Assembly (NCBI RefSeq): GCF_009914755.1 | Contig: NC_060927.1 | DNA from: the human T2T-CHM13v2.0 reference genome, Homo sapiens | Reading direction: 5' to 3' (one strand) | Length of the DNA: 64,000 bases | Shown here: piece by piece, positions 18,644 through 34,902 of the stretch | How the letters are laid out: the number at the start of each line of letters is the position of its first letter | How positions within the stretch are numbered: the first letter of the stretch is position 1 | Translations under genes and position numbers: made by a program | The notes under the pieces: generated by a model | Database searches by the model: none | What the model saw: only the letters and a program-made list of their open reading frames with translations | Told to the model about the DNA's origin: nothing

Positions 18644-19762
18644 CTGGAGGGAAGACAGCAAGGCAGAGGTTAGACCAAGGGCACCTCGAGGGACCAGGGG
18701 GCATCTATGTTAGTAGAGAAATCAAGACCCCTTGGCTGACCCCTGGACCATCTGTCTCGAGAAGAGGACGTGTGCACACAGCCTCTCAGCGAAGTGGCAG
18801 CCAAGCCCTCCTCCAGAGCAGAGAAACACCTGATTAATAATTTTAAAACTAAGTATTTGCTGAGGCTATAAAAACCACCTTTTCGAAGTGGAGACCTCTA
18901 TAAAATGAAATGATTCTATACCTTGAAAATACCTTCTAAAGGTTTTTTTTTTTTTTTAATAAAATGTACTTCTCAGCTTTCTCTTACTTCCAAAAGGTTC
19001 TGCCTGCTGTCTTCAGATGGAGCCCATTTATGGTCCTGTCTGCATGGGCACAGACACACACACGAGGCTGGAGGAAGGTTACTGGCCTCCCCCCAGCCTA
19101 AAGCCCACAGCATTCCCCTTGATCAAGGGTTAATTTGGGACTGCCCCTCCTGTGAAGGCCAGAAGAGTCCATCCCTTAGTTGTCCCAGGCCTGCTTCTCG
19201 GAGCTGCCCACAGTAACAGCCAGGGGGGTCTGCCCATGTCTCCAAGAAGAGGGGTTTGATGGACTGCACTGTGAAAACAGGATGCAGCCTTCCCCCTGAG
19301 GACCCTTCCTTGTGGGGTGGTTTCCCCCTCCTTGGCCCACTCCAACATGGGCCCTGGGGTCTACCTTGTAGACAACCAGCATGACCACCATCCTTCATCA
19401 GCTTCATTCTGCGGACACAGTCAAGCACCCCAGGTGCAGCAGCTCAGTTAATCCCCACTCTGTTTCCCTCCCCACTAGGCAGGTGAGGCCACTGAAGTAC
19501 ACGAGGTTGAGTATTTTGCCAAGGTCACTCAGCAAAGAGGCAGCTGAGCTGGGATTCAATCCTAGAAAGCCTGGCTCTAGGGCCTGTGCTTGTGCCCCTG
19601 AGATGAGCTGAAGGGACCCTGACATCAAGAGTCCAGCACCACCCTCCACCCACTGCACCCATTCACATGAGGCTCTGAGGCCAGCAGAGCATGCGTTGGG
19701 GTGTGCCCAGGACTGGGAGGCCCAGGCTGGCTGAGCATAGTGGTCACAGAGGGGTTCCTTAC

Positions 19763-19867
19763 GTCGATCTCGTCCAGTGTCCCCTCCAGGTACCTCCGCA
19801 CCTGGGAGTTGATCTCAGCAATCTGGATTTCATCCATGGGGTCATAGGTCACAAAGGTGCGGTTGGT
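19763..19867 (-). CDS. KIF9: KIF9 exon 12, TNRTFVTYDP...TLDEID
   Basis: AAG acceptor, GTAAGG donor, 105 nt. Confidence 0.94.
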
Positions 19868-20407
19868 CTTGAAGGAGGATGAAGAACATGTGGATAAGCA
19901 ACAAGAACCTGAGCCCACAGGGGAGTGGCAGGGGCCATTCTGAGAGGCAAAGTGGGGAGGCTGGGCACAGGCCCTGGCTGCCCAAGCTGGCTCCTTCCCT
20001 TCATCATCGGGTCCTGCCAGAGGGCCTGACACAACAGGCCAGGTGCTTGGGTCAGAGAGGGATAATGGGGTCGGGGAGGAAAGGAAAGACCCTCAGACAT
20101 GGGTCCTGCTACTCCAGACAGAGGCTCTGCTGGCTGAGTCCCAGCAGACTCTGCAGCATGAGAAAGGCGAGGACGGGAGGCATGCGCTGCCTCTGCCTCG
20201 AGGCCCCTCAGGACCGTTGGAGGACTCTGCTCCCAACCCCTGTCCTCATGGACCCTTGCTGCTGCCCCTTTCCTGCCACTGAGCCTGCCCCCCAACCCCG
20301 CCCACCATTGGCCTTGACCCATGATGCTGTCTGCCCCTAGCCCCAGTCCCTCTAGTCACCCCCTACCCCAGCACCTCTGCCCTCCTTCTTTGCCTCTAGC
20401 CTCTTAC

Positions 20408-20476
20408 CAGGCTGTCATGGATAGCCAGCTCCTGCTTGAGTAGTGCTAGTTCCTTCTCCAGGTTCTTGACCATTCT
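20408..20476 (-). CDS. KIF9: KIF9 exon 11, RMVKNLEKELALLKQELAIHDSL (neck coil)
   Basis: CAG acceptor, GTAAGA donor, 69 nt. Confidence 0.94.
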
Positions 20477-20720
20477 CTGCCGGGAAACATGGTAGGGTGG
20501 GGGCCGACAGGAAGGATCATCAGAGAAGCTACCCTGTCTCTTCCACAGCAAAAGTACAATTCCTCATTCTGTGCCCAGACATCCTGGCCATTCCTGGATC
20601 CACAGGGTATGCTTTCAGCTTCTGGTGATTCCCTCCCGACTGGTGACTCTTCCCTAACTGGGGTGAGTTTAGGGTCTGGGAGGACCTGAACAGTCCCCTG
20701 GCCTTTGCTACTGCCAGTAG

Positions 20721-20960
<240 letters not shown>

Positions 20961-21557
20961 TAGCTGGGATTACAGGTGACCGCCACCACACCTGGCTAAT
21001 TTTTATAATTTTAGTAGAGACAGGTTTTCACCATGTTGGCCAGGCTGGTCTCGAACTCCGGACCTCAGGTGATGCACCCACCTCAGCCTCTCACAGTGCT
21101 AGGATTACAGGCATGAGCCACCATACCCAGCACCAGAATGCTTTCTTTTTAGAGAAAGGCTCTTGCTCTGTCCTCCAGGCTGGAGTGCAGTGTCACCATC
21201 ATGGCTCACTGAAGCCTCAACCTCCTGGGCTCAAGCAATCCTCTCACCTCAGCCTCCTGAGTAGGTCATGCTACAGGTACACACTGCCATGCCCAGCTAA
21301 TTTTTGTAGAGACAGGGGTCCTACTATGTTGCCCATGCTGGTATCACACTCCTGGGCTCAGGCAATCCTCTCGCCTCGGCCTCCCAAAGGGCTGGGATTA
21401 CAGATGTGAGCCACTGTGCCTGGCCTCCAGGATGCTTTCTATGCATGGTTATAACCTCATCCTTTCACCCTCATCCTCACCAACCACTGCATGAACATGT
21501 CACCACTCCCCAATAATAATCATGTATGTCACCTCTAATTTTTTTTTTTTTTTTTGA

Positions 21558-21677
<120 letters not shown>

Positions 21678-22154
21678 TAGGCATGTGCCACCACGCCCGG
21701 CTAATTTTTGTATTTTTAGTAGAGATGGGGTTTTACCATGTTGGCCAGGCTGGTCTCGAACTCTTGACCTCAGGTGATCTGCCCGCCTCAGCCTCCCAAA
21801 GTGCAGGGATTACAAGCGTGAGTCACTGTGCCTGGCCTCACCTCTAATTTTTTGCTGCTTACAAACAATGCTGCAAGAACATTTTTGTACTCATATATTT
21901 ATGTCCTCATAGATTTCTGTAGAATAACACAGTGATCTATGAGGCTTTTGAGATCTGCCCCCATTACCTCTTTTCTGCTTCTCTTCTCTGGTGCACTCCA
22001 AACACTTCCACAAATTGGTATGCTTCTGCCTCTGCATTGCTTGTCCGCTGCCCTGGAATTCTCTTCTCCTAAGTATTTCCAAGACTCATTCACTTACCTC
22101 CTGATAATCTTTGTTCAAAAGCTTCTAAATTAGGTGCACCACAATTACTCTTTA

Positions 22155-22527
<373 letters not shown>

Positions 22528-22544
22528 TTAACATATTCTAGATT

Positions 22545-22726
22545 AGTGCTGTCCAATAGCACTTTCTGCAATTATTGAAATGTTCCATATTTGTGCTGCC
22601 CGGTATGGTAATGATGAGACAAATACAGCTACTGAACACTTGAAATGTGGCTAGGGTGCCTGAAGAAGTAATTCTAATTTTAATTAAATAGCCACATTTG
22701 AGTAGCAGTTACCGTATTAAACAGTG
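22545..22726 (+). mobile_element. MER3-like hAT relic within an L2 3' fragment
   Basis: GTGCTGTCCAATAG...CACTTGAAATGTGGCTAG...AATAGCCACAT. Confidence 0.7.
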
Positions 22727-22904
22727 AAACTTTAGAACTTACCTATTTATTGTGATTATTATTATGTATCTCCCCTATTCCCATCAGACTGCAAGCTCAG
22801 AGATTTGTGTTTCTGTTCATGCAGTCAGGTATTCCAAGTGCTTTAAAAAGCACTTGGCACATAGTAAGCACTCCATAGATTTTAGGTAAGTAAATAAATG
22901 ATAC

Positions 22905-23020
22905 TTTTTTTTTCAGATCAGACGGGTAATGTGCCAATGTCGTAACAAGGTTCAAGGGTGGCACATCTCACACAAGCGTATGAACACACAATCATCACAC
23001 TCATGAACTACAAAAGGATC
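22905..23020 (-). pseudogene. U13 (SNORD13) snoRNA retrocopy with A-tail and TSD
   Basis: Reverse complement reads ATCCTTTTGTAGTTCATGAGTGTGATGATTG...GAACCTTGTTACGAC...CCGTCTGATCTGA then A9. TSD ataaatga(t/c)ac at 22894-22904 and 23021-23031. Confidence 0.9.
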
Positions 23021-23850
23021 ATAAATGACACATTTTGAGGAGAAGAATCGCTAAGTCATTTTATACTCGATATACCATCTGAGTGCCTTCCCTAAAAGAG
23101 GCACAAGGAACTTCAAGCTGAGAACCCTCGCTGTGAACAATAGGACTTCCTTTAGTTGTCATAAAAGGGCCACTGGAGGGAGCCCCTGACACCTGGATCC
23201 TGGGACTGGTGACCAAAACTGTGACCAGTCCACTGCCCCACTGGCCCTCTCCCAGACCAAAGGCCTGCTGTATTCTAGCCCTCATCCAACCAGGTCACCT
23301 GGGCACTGAGGCCCAACTGCCCTCACATAGCAAGGGTCAACAGAACCCCTGGCATCCTGATGGCTCTGTGGCAATTCAGGCACAAAGCCTGGGACCCAAG
23401 GCATGTGACCAGTGTCCAGATCCTGGATCTGCCCCTCTGGAAGCCCCACAAAGGTCCCCTTCAGGTGTGGACTTCCTGTGGGGTCAACAGGAGAGGCTTG
23501 CTGGCCAGTCTCACCTGTCCACATGCCATCCTTCTCCCAGCTCTAGAAAATGTATCATGGCCCAGCTACAGAAAGTTCGACTGAGCCATCAGGGTCCTCC
23601 AGCTTGATGACTCTGTTCAGTGAGGCACAGCAGAGCCAAACTTACATGTCTGGGCCAATCAGAAGGTGATGTAGGAGGCTGGGTGCAGTGGCACATGCCT
23701 GTAATCCCAGCACTTTAGGAGGTCAAGGCAGGCAGATCACTTGAGGTCAGGAGTTCAAGACCAGCCTGGCCAACATGGTGAAACCCCATCTCTACTAAAA
23801 ATAAAAAATAGCTGGGTGCGGTGGCACATGCTTGTAATCCCAGCTACTCA

Positions 23851-24036
<186 letters not shown>

Positions 24037-24842
24037 CTAATAGGCATTTTCATTATAAATGTAATGAGGATAATTCAGAGAATTCTGCTTAAGCTGCACA
24101 TCAGGCTGTGGGGCAGCTCTTGGGGCAGGCAGTTTTCCGATTTTCATCCCACTGCAGCTTGCCAGTGTATCTTCTCTTGGCAGAGTGGAGTATACTAAGT
24201 CTCTCCCTGCTGTCTGTTTATGCCTGAGGCTCACAGCCCTTTACACCACTTCACAGAATCACCGACTGGCAGAGTGGGAGGGTCACTGCAGGTTATCAGG
24301 CCAACTTCCTTGTTCACAGAGGACGACCCTGAGGTTGAGAGGGTCTGAGCAACTCGCCACAGAGAGCTTGTGGAAGAGGTGGATTAGGAACCCAGTCTTC
24401 TGCCTTATAGCCAGCCCCATCAGCCAAAGAAATTCTGAAGAAGCAATTCTACCCTCTTGAAAACAGGCATCAATACCGAAGACAGTGCTGAAAATGACCT
24501 GAGAATACTGGCTACAGTCTAGGAAAGGCAGCAACCAAAATAATTTTTCCACATCTCTCTCAAGAACTCATGTTTGTAAAGAAAAATGCTTATCAGAAAG
24601 ATTATAAACACATTCACACTGGATGGCACAGAGACTCACTCAGTTGGCCAAGGCCAACAATGCAGATCTTAGAACACAAATTACATGAAAAAGCATGATT
24701 GTCCAACTTCACCAGGCGTGGTGGCTCACACCTGTAATCCCAGCACTTTGGAAGGCTAAGAGGACCCCCTGAGCCCAGGAGCTCAAGACCACCCTGGGCA
24801 ACATAGGGAGACCCCATCACTAGAGGAAAAAAAAAAAAATTA

Positions 24843-25093
<251 letters not shown>

Positions 25094-25144
25094 CTAAGGG
25101 AACACCAAATAAGAAAAGATAAGAAGGCCAAGCATGTTGGCTCA

Positions 25145-25410
<266 letters not shown>

Positions 25411-25569
25411 CTAAAAAAAAAAAGATAAGAAAATCTTCAAGAATACAGAAAAGCAGAAAACCATACAAAATAATGCCATAAAACCTGGGCAAACCGCCCC
25501 AAAATGTGACTTTAATAGCCTGCTGTCACATTGGCTTCAGGGGTGGTTTTTTTGTTGTTGTTTGTTTAG

Positions 25570-25680
<111 letters not shown>

Positions 25681-25859
25681 TAGGATTACAGGCATGCACC
25701 ACTACACTGAGCTAATTTTTACATTTTTTAGTAGAGATGGGGTTCTCCATGTTGTCCAGGCTGGTCTCGCACTCCTGGCCTCAAGTGACCCGCCTGCCTC
25801 AGCCTCCCAAAGTGCTGGGATTACAGGCATGAGCCACGCACCCGGCCCAGTGATTTTTT

Positions 25860-27790
<1,931 letters not shown>

Positions 27791-28112
27791 GTTTACTGGG
27801 ACGAAAGAGATTCTGTAGTGACACAGCGAGGTGATTCTGAAAGATGGTCCACACTTTAGCCCTTAGCTCTAAGGAAATCTCATGTAGAAGCCTAGAGCAC
27901 CCAGAGTTTGTAGAACTAACCCATGGTTTGGAGACTGGGGAGGGAGTGGAGCTTAGAGCAGCGGTTCTCAAATGTGACAAGGCATCAGAATCACCTGACT
28001 GATGTTGAACTACAGGTCACTAGATCCATTCCCAGAGTTTCTGATTCTGCCAGTCTAGGGTAGAGCCTGAAGATGCCCTTTTTCTTTTCTTTCTTTTTAA
28101 AAAATTTTCTTC

Positions 28113-29582
28113 GCTCTCCCTCTCCCTCTCCCTCTCCCCACGGTCTCCCTCTCCCCACGGTCTCCCTCTCCCTCTCTTTCCACGGTCTCCCTCTGATGCC
28201 GAGCCGAAGCTGGACTGTACTGCTGCCATCTCGGCTCACTGCAACCTCCCTGCCTGATTCTCCTGCCTCAGCCTGCCGAGTGCCTGCGATTGCGGGCGCG
28301 CGCCACCACACCTGACTGGTTTTCCTATTTTTTTGGTGGAGACGGGGTTTCGCTGTGTTGGCCGGGCTGGTCTCCAGCTCCTAACCGCGAGTGATCCGCC
28401 AGCCCCGGCCTCCCGAGGTGCCGGGATTGCAGACGGAGTCTCCTTCACTCAGTGCTCAATGGTGCCCAGGCTGGAGTGCAGTGGCGTGATCTCGGCTCGC
28501 TACAACTTCCACCTCCCAGCCGCCTGCCTTGGCCTCCCAAAAGGCCGAGATTGCAGCCTCTGCTTGGCCGCCACCCCGTCTGGGAAGTGAGGAGCGTCTC
28601 TGCGTGGCCGCCCATCGTCTGGGATGTGAGGAGCCCCTCTGCCTGGCTGCCCAGTCTGGAAAGTGAGGAGCGTCTCTGCCCGGCCGCCATCCCATCTAGG
28701 AAGTGAGGAGCATCTCTGCCCGGCCGCCCCATCTGAGAAGTGAGGAGACCCTCTGCCTGGCAACCGCCCCGTCTGAGAAGTGAGGAGCCCCTCCGCCCGG
28801 CAGCCACCCCATCTGGGAAGTGAGGAGCATCTCCGCCCGGCAGCCACCCCGTCCGGGAGGGAGGTGGGGGTCAGCCCCCGCCAGGCCAGCCGCCCCGTCT
28901 GGGAGGGAGGTGGGGGGGTCGGCCCCCCGCCCGGCCGGCCGCCCTGTCCGGGAGGGGAGGGGCGCCTCTGCCCGGCCGCCCCTGCTGGGAAGTGAGGAGC
29001 CCCTCTGCCCGGCCACCACCCCGTCTGGGAGGTGTGCCCAGCGGCTCATTGGGAACGGGCCATGATGACAGTGGCAGTTTTGTGGAGTAGAAAGGGGGGA
29101 AGGGTGGGGAAAGGATTGAGAAGTCGGATGGTTGCCGTGTCTGTGTAGAAGGAGGTAGACATGGGAGACCTTTCATTTTGTTCTGTGCTAAGAAAAGTTC
29201 TTCTGCCTTGGGATCCTGTTGATCTGTGACCTTGCCCCCAACCCTGTGCTCTCTGAAACATGTGCTGTGTCCACTCAGGGTTAAATGGATTAAGGGCGGT
29301 GCAAGATGTGCTTTGTTAAACAGATGCTTGAAGGCAGCATGCTCTTTAAGAGTCATCACCACTCCCTAATCTCAAGTACCCGGAGACACAAACACTGCGG
29401 AAGGCCAGAGGGTCCTCTGCCTAGGAAAACCAGAGACCTTTGTTCACTTGTTTATCTGCTCACCTTCCCTCCACTATGGTCCTATGACCCTGCCAAATCC
29501 CCCTCTGTGAGAAACACCCAAGAATGATCAATAAAAAAATAAATTAATTAATTTTAAAAAAAATTATTGACTGGCAAAAAAA
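28113..29582 (+). mobile_element. Full-length SVA (SVA_D-like), antisense to KIF9 in intron 10
   Basis: CCCTCT hexamers, Alu-like region, VNTR, SINE-R, AATAAA and A-tail. TSD aaaaaatttt(t)cttc at 28099-28112 and 29583-29597, at a TT/AAAA L1 endonuclease site. Confidence 0.96.
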
Positions 29583-29875
29583 AAAAAATTTTTCTTCATC
29601 TTAAGGTCGGCTTCTATCCCATTTCTAATAAGTTCTTTAGGCCTCACATGTGAACTTGTTGGTGGCCTGACCTAGCCCTTTTACCCCATGACAGCCCCTA
29701 AGGGTCTCCAGGGACTCTGAAGACTCTGGCCAGTCCAGGAGTGGAAAAGGGCTGACCCAGGGCTGCATGGGGATCTTTGGTTGAGGCAGGAAGGGAAGGC
29801 TCGCTTGTGTGACCCAAGCAGCAAACCCATACACTTTCCCCACAGTGGGACACCTGTCCACAACCCCTGCTGTAC

Positions 29876-29953
29876 CTCAGCATCATACTTTTCATTGATG
29901 GCAGGCTCAGTGGTGACTAGCTTCATCCTGCTGGCAAATCTCAGTGAAGATAG
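29876..29953 (-). CDS. KIF9: KIF9 exon 10, LSSLRFASRMK...KYDAE (end of motor domain)
   Basis: CAG acceptor, GTACAG donor, 78 nt; LRFA motif of kinesin helix alpha6. Confidence 0.95.
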
Positions 29954-30593
29954 CTGCAAAACAGAGCAGGTAGACATTAGATGGCTCGCCACTAAAGTGA
30001 GACCCCAAGAGACCGGCCTTCTCAGAGACCTTGCCTGCCCTTTCCTGGCTCCTTAAGCTCCCTTGTCAACCCATGTTGGTTCCCTTCCCCCAGAGGACAT
30101 TGGTCAAAAGAGTTCTTGGGTATGAGGTCCCCATGAGAAGAGCAGGAAGGTGACAGAGGGCACATCCAGCAGCCTGGTCCTCGTCATGTAGACTGTGAGG
30201 ATGCGCACTGGTCTATTCATCCAAACCTGACCACTTTCTATCTCTAGGCCTCTGCTCAGGTGACCCCCTGCCTGGAGTACCCTTTTCTGTCCTCCTATGC
30301 TGTCTGCCTTCCTGCGTTCCACTCTCTCTCCAAGGCTCAGCTGAAAATCAGCTTCCTTCCTGAAGCCCTCCTGGTTTTCCTTCACATGAAACGTTTCTGC
30401 CCCTTCCACAAACCACAGTGATCCCCCTCCTTCACGCAGTTTTCAGGGTCTCGATCAGCCATGTCCAACAGAGATACAATGCAAACTACAAATGTAAGCC
30501 ATACATGTAATTTTATATTTTCTAGTAACCATGTAAGAAAAGCTAAAAAGAAGCAGGTAAAAATAATTTTAATATGTTTTATTTAAATTTTAA

Positions 30594-30827
<234 letters not shown>

Positions 30828-30865
30828 TAATCAACATTTTTAAATTATTGAGATATTTTACCATC

Positions 30866-31247
30866 TGACATGGTTTGGATCTCTGTCCCCACCCAAATCT
30901 CATGTTGAAATATAATCCCCAATGCTGGAGGTGGGGCCTGGTGGGAGATGATTGGATCATGGGGATGGACTTCCCCTTTGGTGCTGTTCTCATGGTAGTG
31001 AGTGAGTTCTTATGAGATCTGGTCATTTAAACATATGGCACCTCCCTGCCCCTCACTTTCTTCCTCCTGCTCCTGCCATGTAAGACGTCTTCTCCTGCTT
31101 TGCCTTCCACCATGAGTAAAAGCTCCCTGAGGCCGCCCCCAAAGCAGATGCTGCCATGCTTCCTGTACAGCCTGTGGAACCATGAGCCAATTAAACCTCT
31201 TTTCTTTATAAAGTACCCAGTCTCAGGTGTGAGAATGGACTAATACA
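30866..31247 (+). mobile_element. MST-type MaLR solo LTR inserted in a MER3/MER33-like relic (about 30460-31385)
   Basis: TGACATGGTTTGGATCTCTGTCCCCACCCAAATCTC...GGACTAATACA; 5-bp TSD ccatc/ccttc. Confidence 0.8.
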
Positions 31248-31926
31248 CCTTCTTTTTTGGTGCTGGGTCTTTGAAATCTGGTGTGCATTTTACACTTGCA
31301 TTATATGTCAGTCAGGACCAGCCACATCTGAGTGCTCCATAGCTACATGTGGCCAGTGGCTGCCATAGTGGCCAGTGCAGGTCTAGCCCCTGAGCAGCGT
31401 CTGCTCAAACTTTACCCTGTGAAGACACCCCTGAGCCATTCCTGGGAGGGCAGATGCTCAGGCCCCCTGATGAATAGACTCAGCAGTCTGGGTGGGAATG
31501 GGTAGTTCTGCTGCATTTGGAGGCAGGGGCCTCTAGCCACACATGCTAAGAAAGGCTGCTCTGGGGCGTGACCGATCTGTTAATGAAGCCTGGACTCTGC
31601 CCACCAGCCTCAGTCAAGTGTCCTCCCCACCATCCACAGGGAGTCTCCACAGGTTTGAGCTGAAAGGCTTCACTGCCAGCACAGAGATGGGCTCCTACCA
31701 GTTTTGTCCCCTGTATACACTTCCCTCAGGGACCTCTCTGCTGCCAAGCCACAAGGCCATGTCAGGACAGGAGGCGTACTGGGCTCTCTCAGCCTCCCTT
31801 CAGCAAGGCTTATGGCTATCATGTCTAACCCTGCATCCAACATCTGGGGCCTGGACCTCCCAGAGTGGCCTCAGCTTGCTCAGCCCTTCATTCTGTGAGA
31901 GAAGGGGCAGATAATGGGTAGGTAAG

Positions 31927-32894
31927 TGTGGGGAAAAGCAAGAGAGATCAGATTGTTACTGTGTCTGTGTAGAAAGAAGTAGACATAGGAGACTCCATTT
32001 TGTTATGTACTAAGAAAAATTCTTCTGCCTTGAGATTCTGTTAATCTATAACCTTACCCCCAACCCCGTGCTCTCTGAAACGTGTGCTGTGTCAACTCAG
32101 AGTTAAATGGATTAAGGGCGGTGCAAGATGTGCTTTTTTAAACAGATGCTTGAAGGCAGCATGCTCCTTAAGAGTCATCACCACTCCCTAATCTCAAGTA
32201 CCCAGGGACACAAAAACTGCGGAAGGCCGCAGGGACCTCTGCCTAGGAAAGCCAGGTATTGTCCAAGGTTTCTCCCCATGTGATAGTCTGAAATATGGCC
32301 TCGTGGGAAGGGAAAGACCTGACCGTCCCCCAGCCCGACACCCGTAAAGGGTCTGTGCTGAGGAGGATTAGTAAAAGAGGAAGGAATGCCTCTTGCAGTT
32401 GAGACAAGAGGAAGGCATCTGTCTCCTGCCTGTCCCTGGGCAATGGAATGTCTCGGTATAAAACCCGATTGTATGCTTCATCTACTGAGATAGGGAAAAA
32501 CCGCCTTAGGGCTGGAGGTGGGACCTGCGGGCAGCAATACTGCTTTGTAAAGCATTGAGATGTTTATGTGTATGCATATCTAAAAGCACAGCACTTAATC
32601 CTTTACATTGTCTATGATGCAAAGACCTTTGTTCACGTGTTTGTCTGCTGACCCTCTCCCCACAATTGTCTTGTGACCCTGACACATCCCCCTCTTCGAG
32701 AAACACCCACAGATGATCAATAAATACTAAGGGAACTCAGAGGCTGGCGGGATCCTCCATATGCTGAACGCTGGTTCCCCAGGTCCCCTTATTTCTTTCT
32801 CTATACTTTGTATCTGTGTCTTTTTCTTTTCCAAATCTCTCGTCCCACCTTACGAGAAACACCCACAGGTGTGTAGGGGCAACCCACCCCTACA
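31927..32894 (+). mobile_element. Solo HERV-K(HML-2) LTR, LTR5_Hs-like, 968 bp
   Basis: TGTGGGGAAAAGCAAG...ACCCCTACA termini, 6-bp TSD GGTAAG (31921-31926, 32895-32900), TATAAAA 32457-32463, AATAAA 32719-32724. Confidence 0.96.
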
Positions 32895-34536
32895 GGTAAG
32901 CTCATGCCAAGTTATGATAGGGCCAACCCTTCCACAGCGCTTGCTGTGGCCAGGCTCTGTTCTAAGTGTAGAAGTGTGGTTGCTCATTTAATCCTCGCAA
33001 CTTCCTGTAAGGTAGACGTATCATCAACCCAGTTTTATAGACGAGGACACTGAAAAACAGGGAGGTCAAGGCACCCACCCATGGCCACAGAGCTGGTCTG
33101 TGGCCACACAGGAATTCAACTCAGGCACTCCAGCTCCCAAGTCTGTGCTCTTCACAGCTGGGAGCAGGACCAATAGGAAACCCATCCTAGTGCCTGGGTG
33201 GGGCCTGGGAGGGGCCAGAGGAGTAGTTTGCCAGGTGATGGGGAAGGGATAAGTGCATCCTGATGGAGGGACAGTACGCCCCAAGTGTGAGGGAGGCGAG
33301 AGCCAGGTCAACATCTCAGGTGGACTGAGACAATGACAGGGTGCTCTGGGAGGAGGCTCAGTGGTACTGGCAGTGGAACTGAGAAAGGCCTTGAGGAATC
33401 ATGGGCCTGGGGAATCAGTTTCTCAGGTAAGGCCAGCAAGTGGTAGGTGTTTGGTAAATGTTGAACCTGAAAGGAGGGAAGCATTGGAATGTTCGTTAGC
33501 CTTTGCTACTCAGTAACAAGGCCAAAAATTCAACTCAGCAGAGGTCTAAAATGTGTGTGTGTGTGCTGACTGGCCTCTGTGTCTTTGGCCCATTGCTTGT
33601 GAATAGAGATTATTTGCAAAATAGGTAAAATGAGACCACTAGGAAAGATAAATCTCTGCATAGAAGCATGCTCCAAAATGGACTCTGGGGTCCCCGGGAC
33701 ACTAAGAGTGATGCCTGGGGGGTCGCAGCAGAGTCTCTCTGGAGGGGGAGCCAGCCAAGGATAATTATGGCTGGAGGCCTATGAGGCAGCTATGGGAGCA
33801 GGCCCAGATGCCATGCCTCATTGCTTGGATGTTAGCTGAGGGGTGGAGAGCTCCTCCTTGGCAGTGACGAACAGCCAGGGGCCTCAGGAGGCAGGCCCAG
33901 AGATTCTTGCCTCAGGCCATGCTGGGCTGTCTCATCTCTCAATGAATGATCCTGAAATGAGGAAGCAGTCTAGGAGTGGCTGGCCCCTAAGTGGGCCAGA
34001 GGAAAGACTGAAAGGGCTCTTCCTTGGGCAGTCTACTCTGGTGGCTCAGAGCTCAGCCACTGACCCCCTGCATGACCACTGACAGATCTCACATCTTCTC
34101 TGTAAGGTGAAGGGAGAGCTGCCTTGATAAGGTGTATATGCGCTCTGTACAGAGCTGGCTCACAGCGAGCCCTCAAGAAGACGTCTCTGTCATTACAGGT
34201 GGTGTTGCTTCTATGCAGGGCCAAGTCAGACTCTCCTACTCCAAGTACAGCCGCAAGTATGGCCATGTCCCATCCCTGTGGTTACTCAGCACACATGTAC
34301 AGTGTCACTGCATAAAGCAATACAATCCATGATGAGAATAGTTTTAAAGTTTCAACACATTTGGAAGAGACAATCATTAGCTTCCATACCCCCAATATAC
34401 CTTTGTCCCAAACCCCTGAGACCCCTCCAACAGCTCCTCTGAGCTCTGGGTTCCGTCCTGGGCAGAGAACCCAAGTGGTATATGGGCACAAGCCCCCGGA
34501 GACTGCGGGTACCAGGAGTTGTTTCCTGAGCTGTAA

Positions 34537-34902
<366 letters not shown>

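Noticed and set aside
22945-22965. GTCGTAACAAGG match to small-subunit rRNA
   Set aside because: It is the complement of the U13 guide, not an rRNA fragment.
27991-29527. Overlapping Pro/Arg/Gly-rich ORFs up to 163 aa
   Set aside because: They come from the GC-rich SVA VNTR and Alu-like region; SVAs are non-coding.
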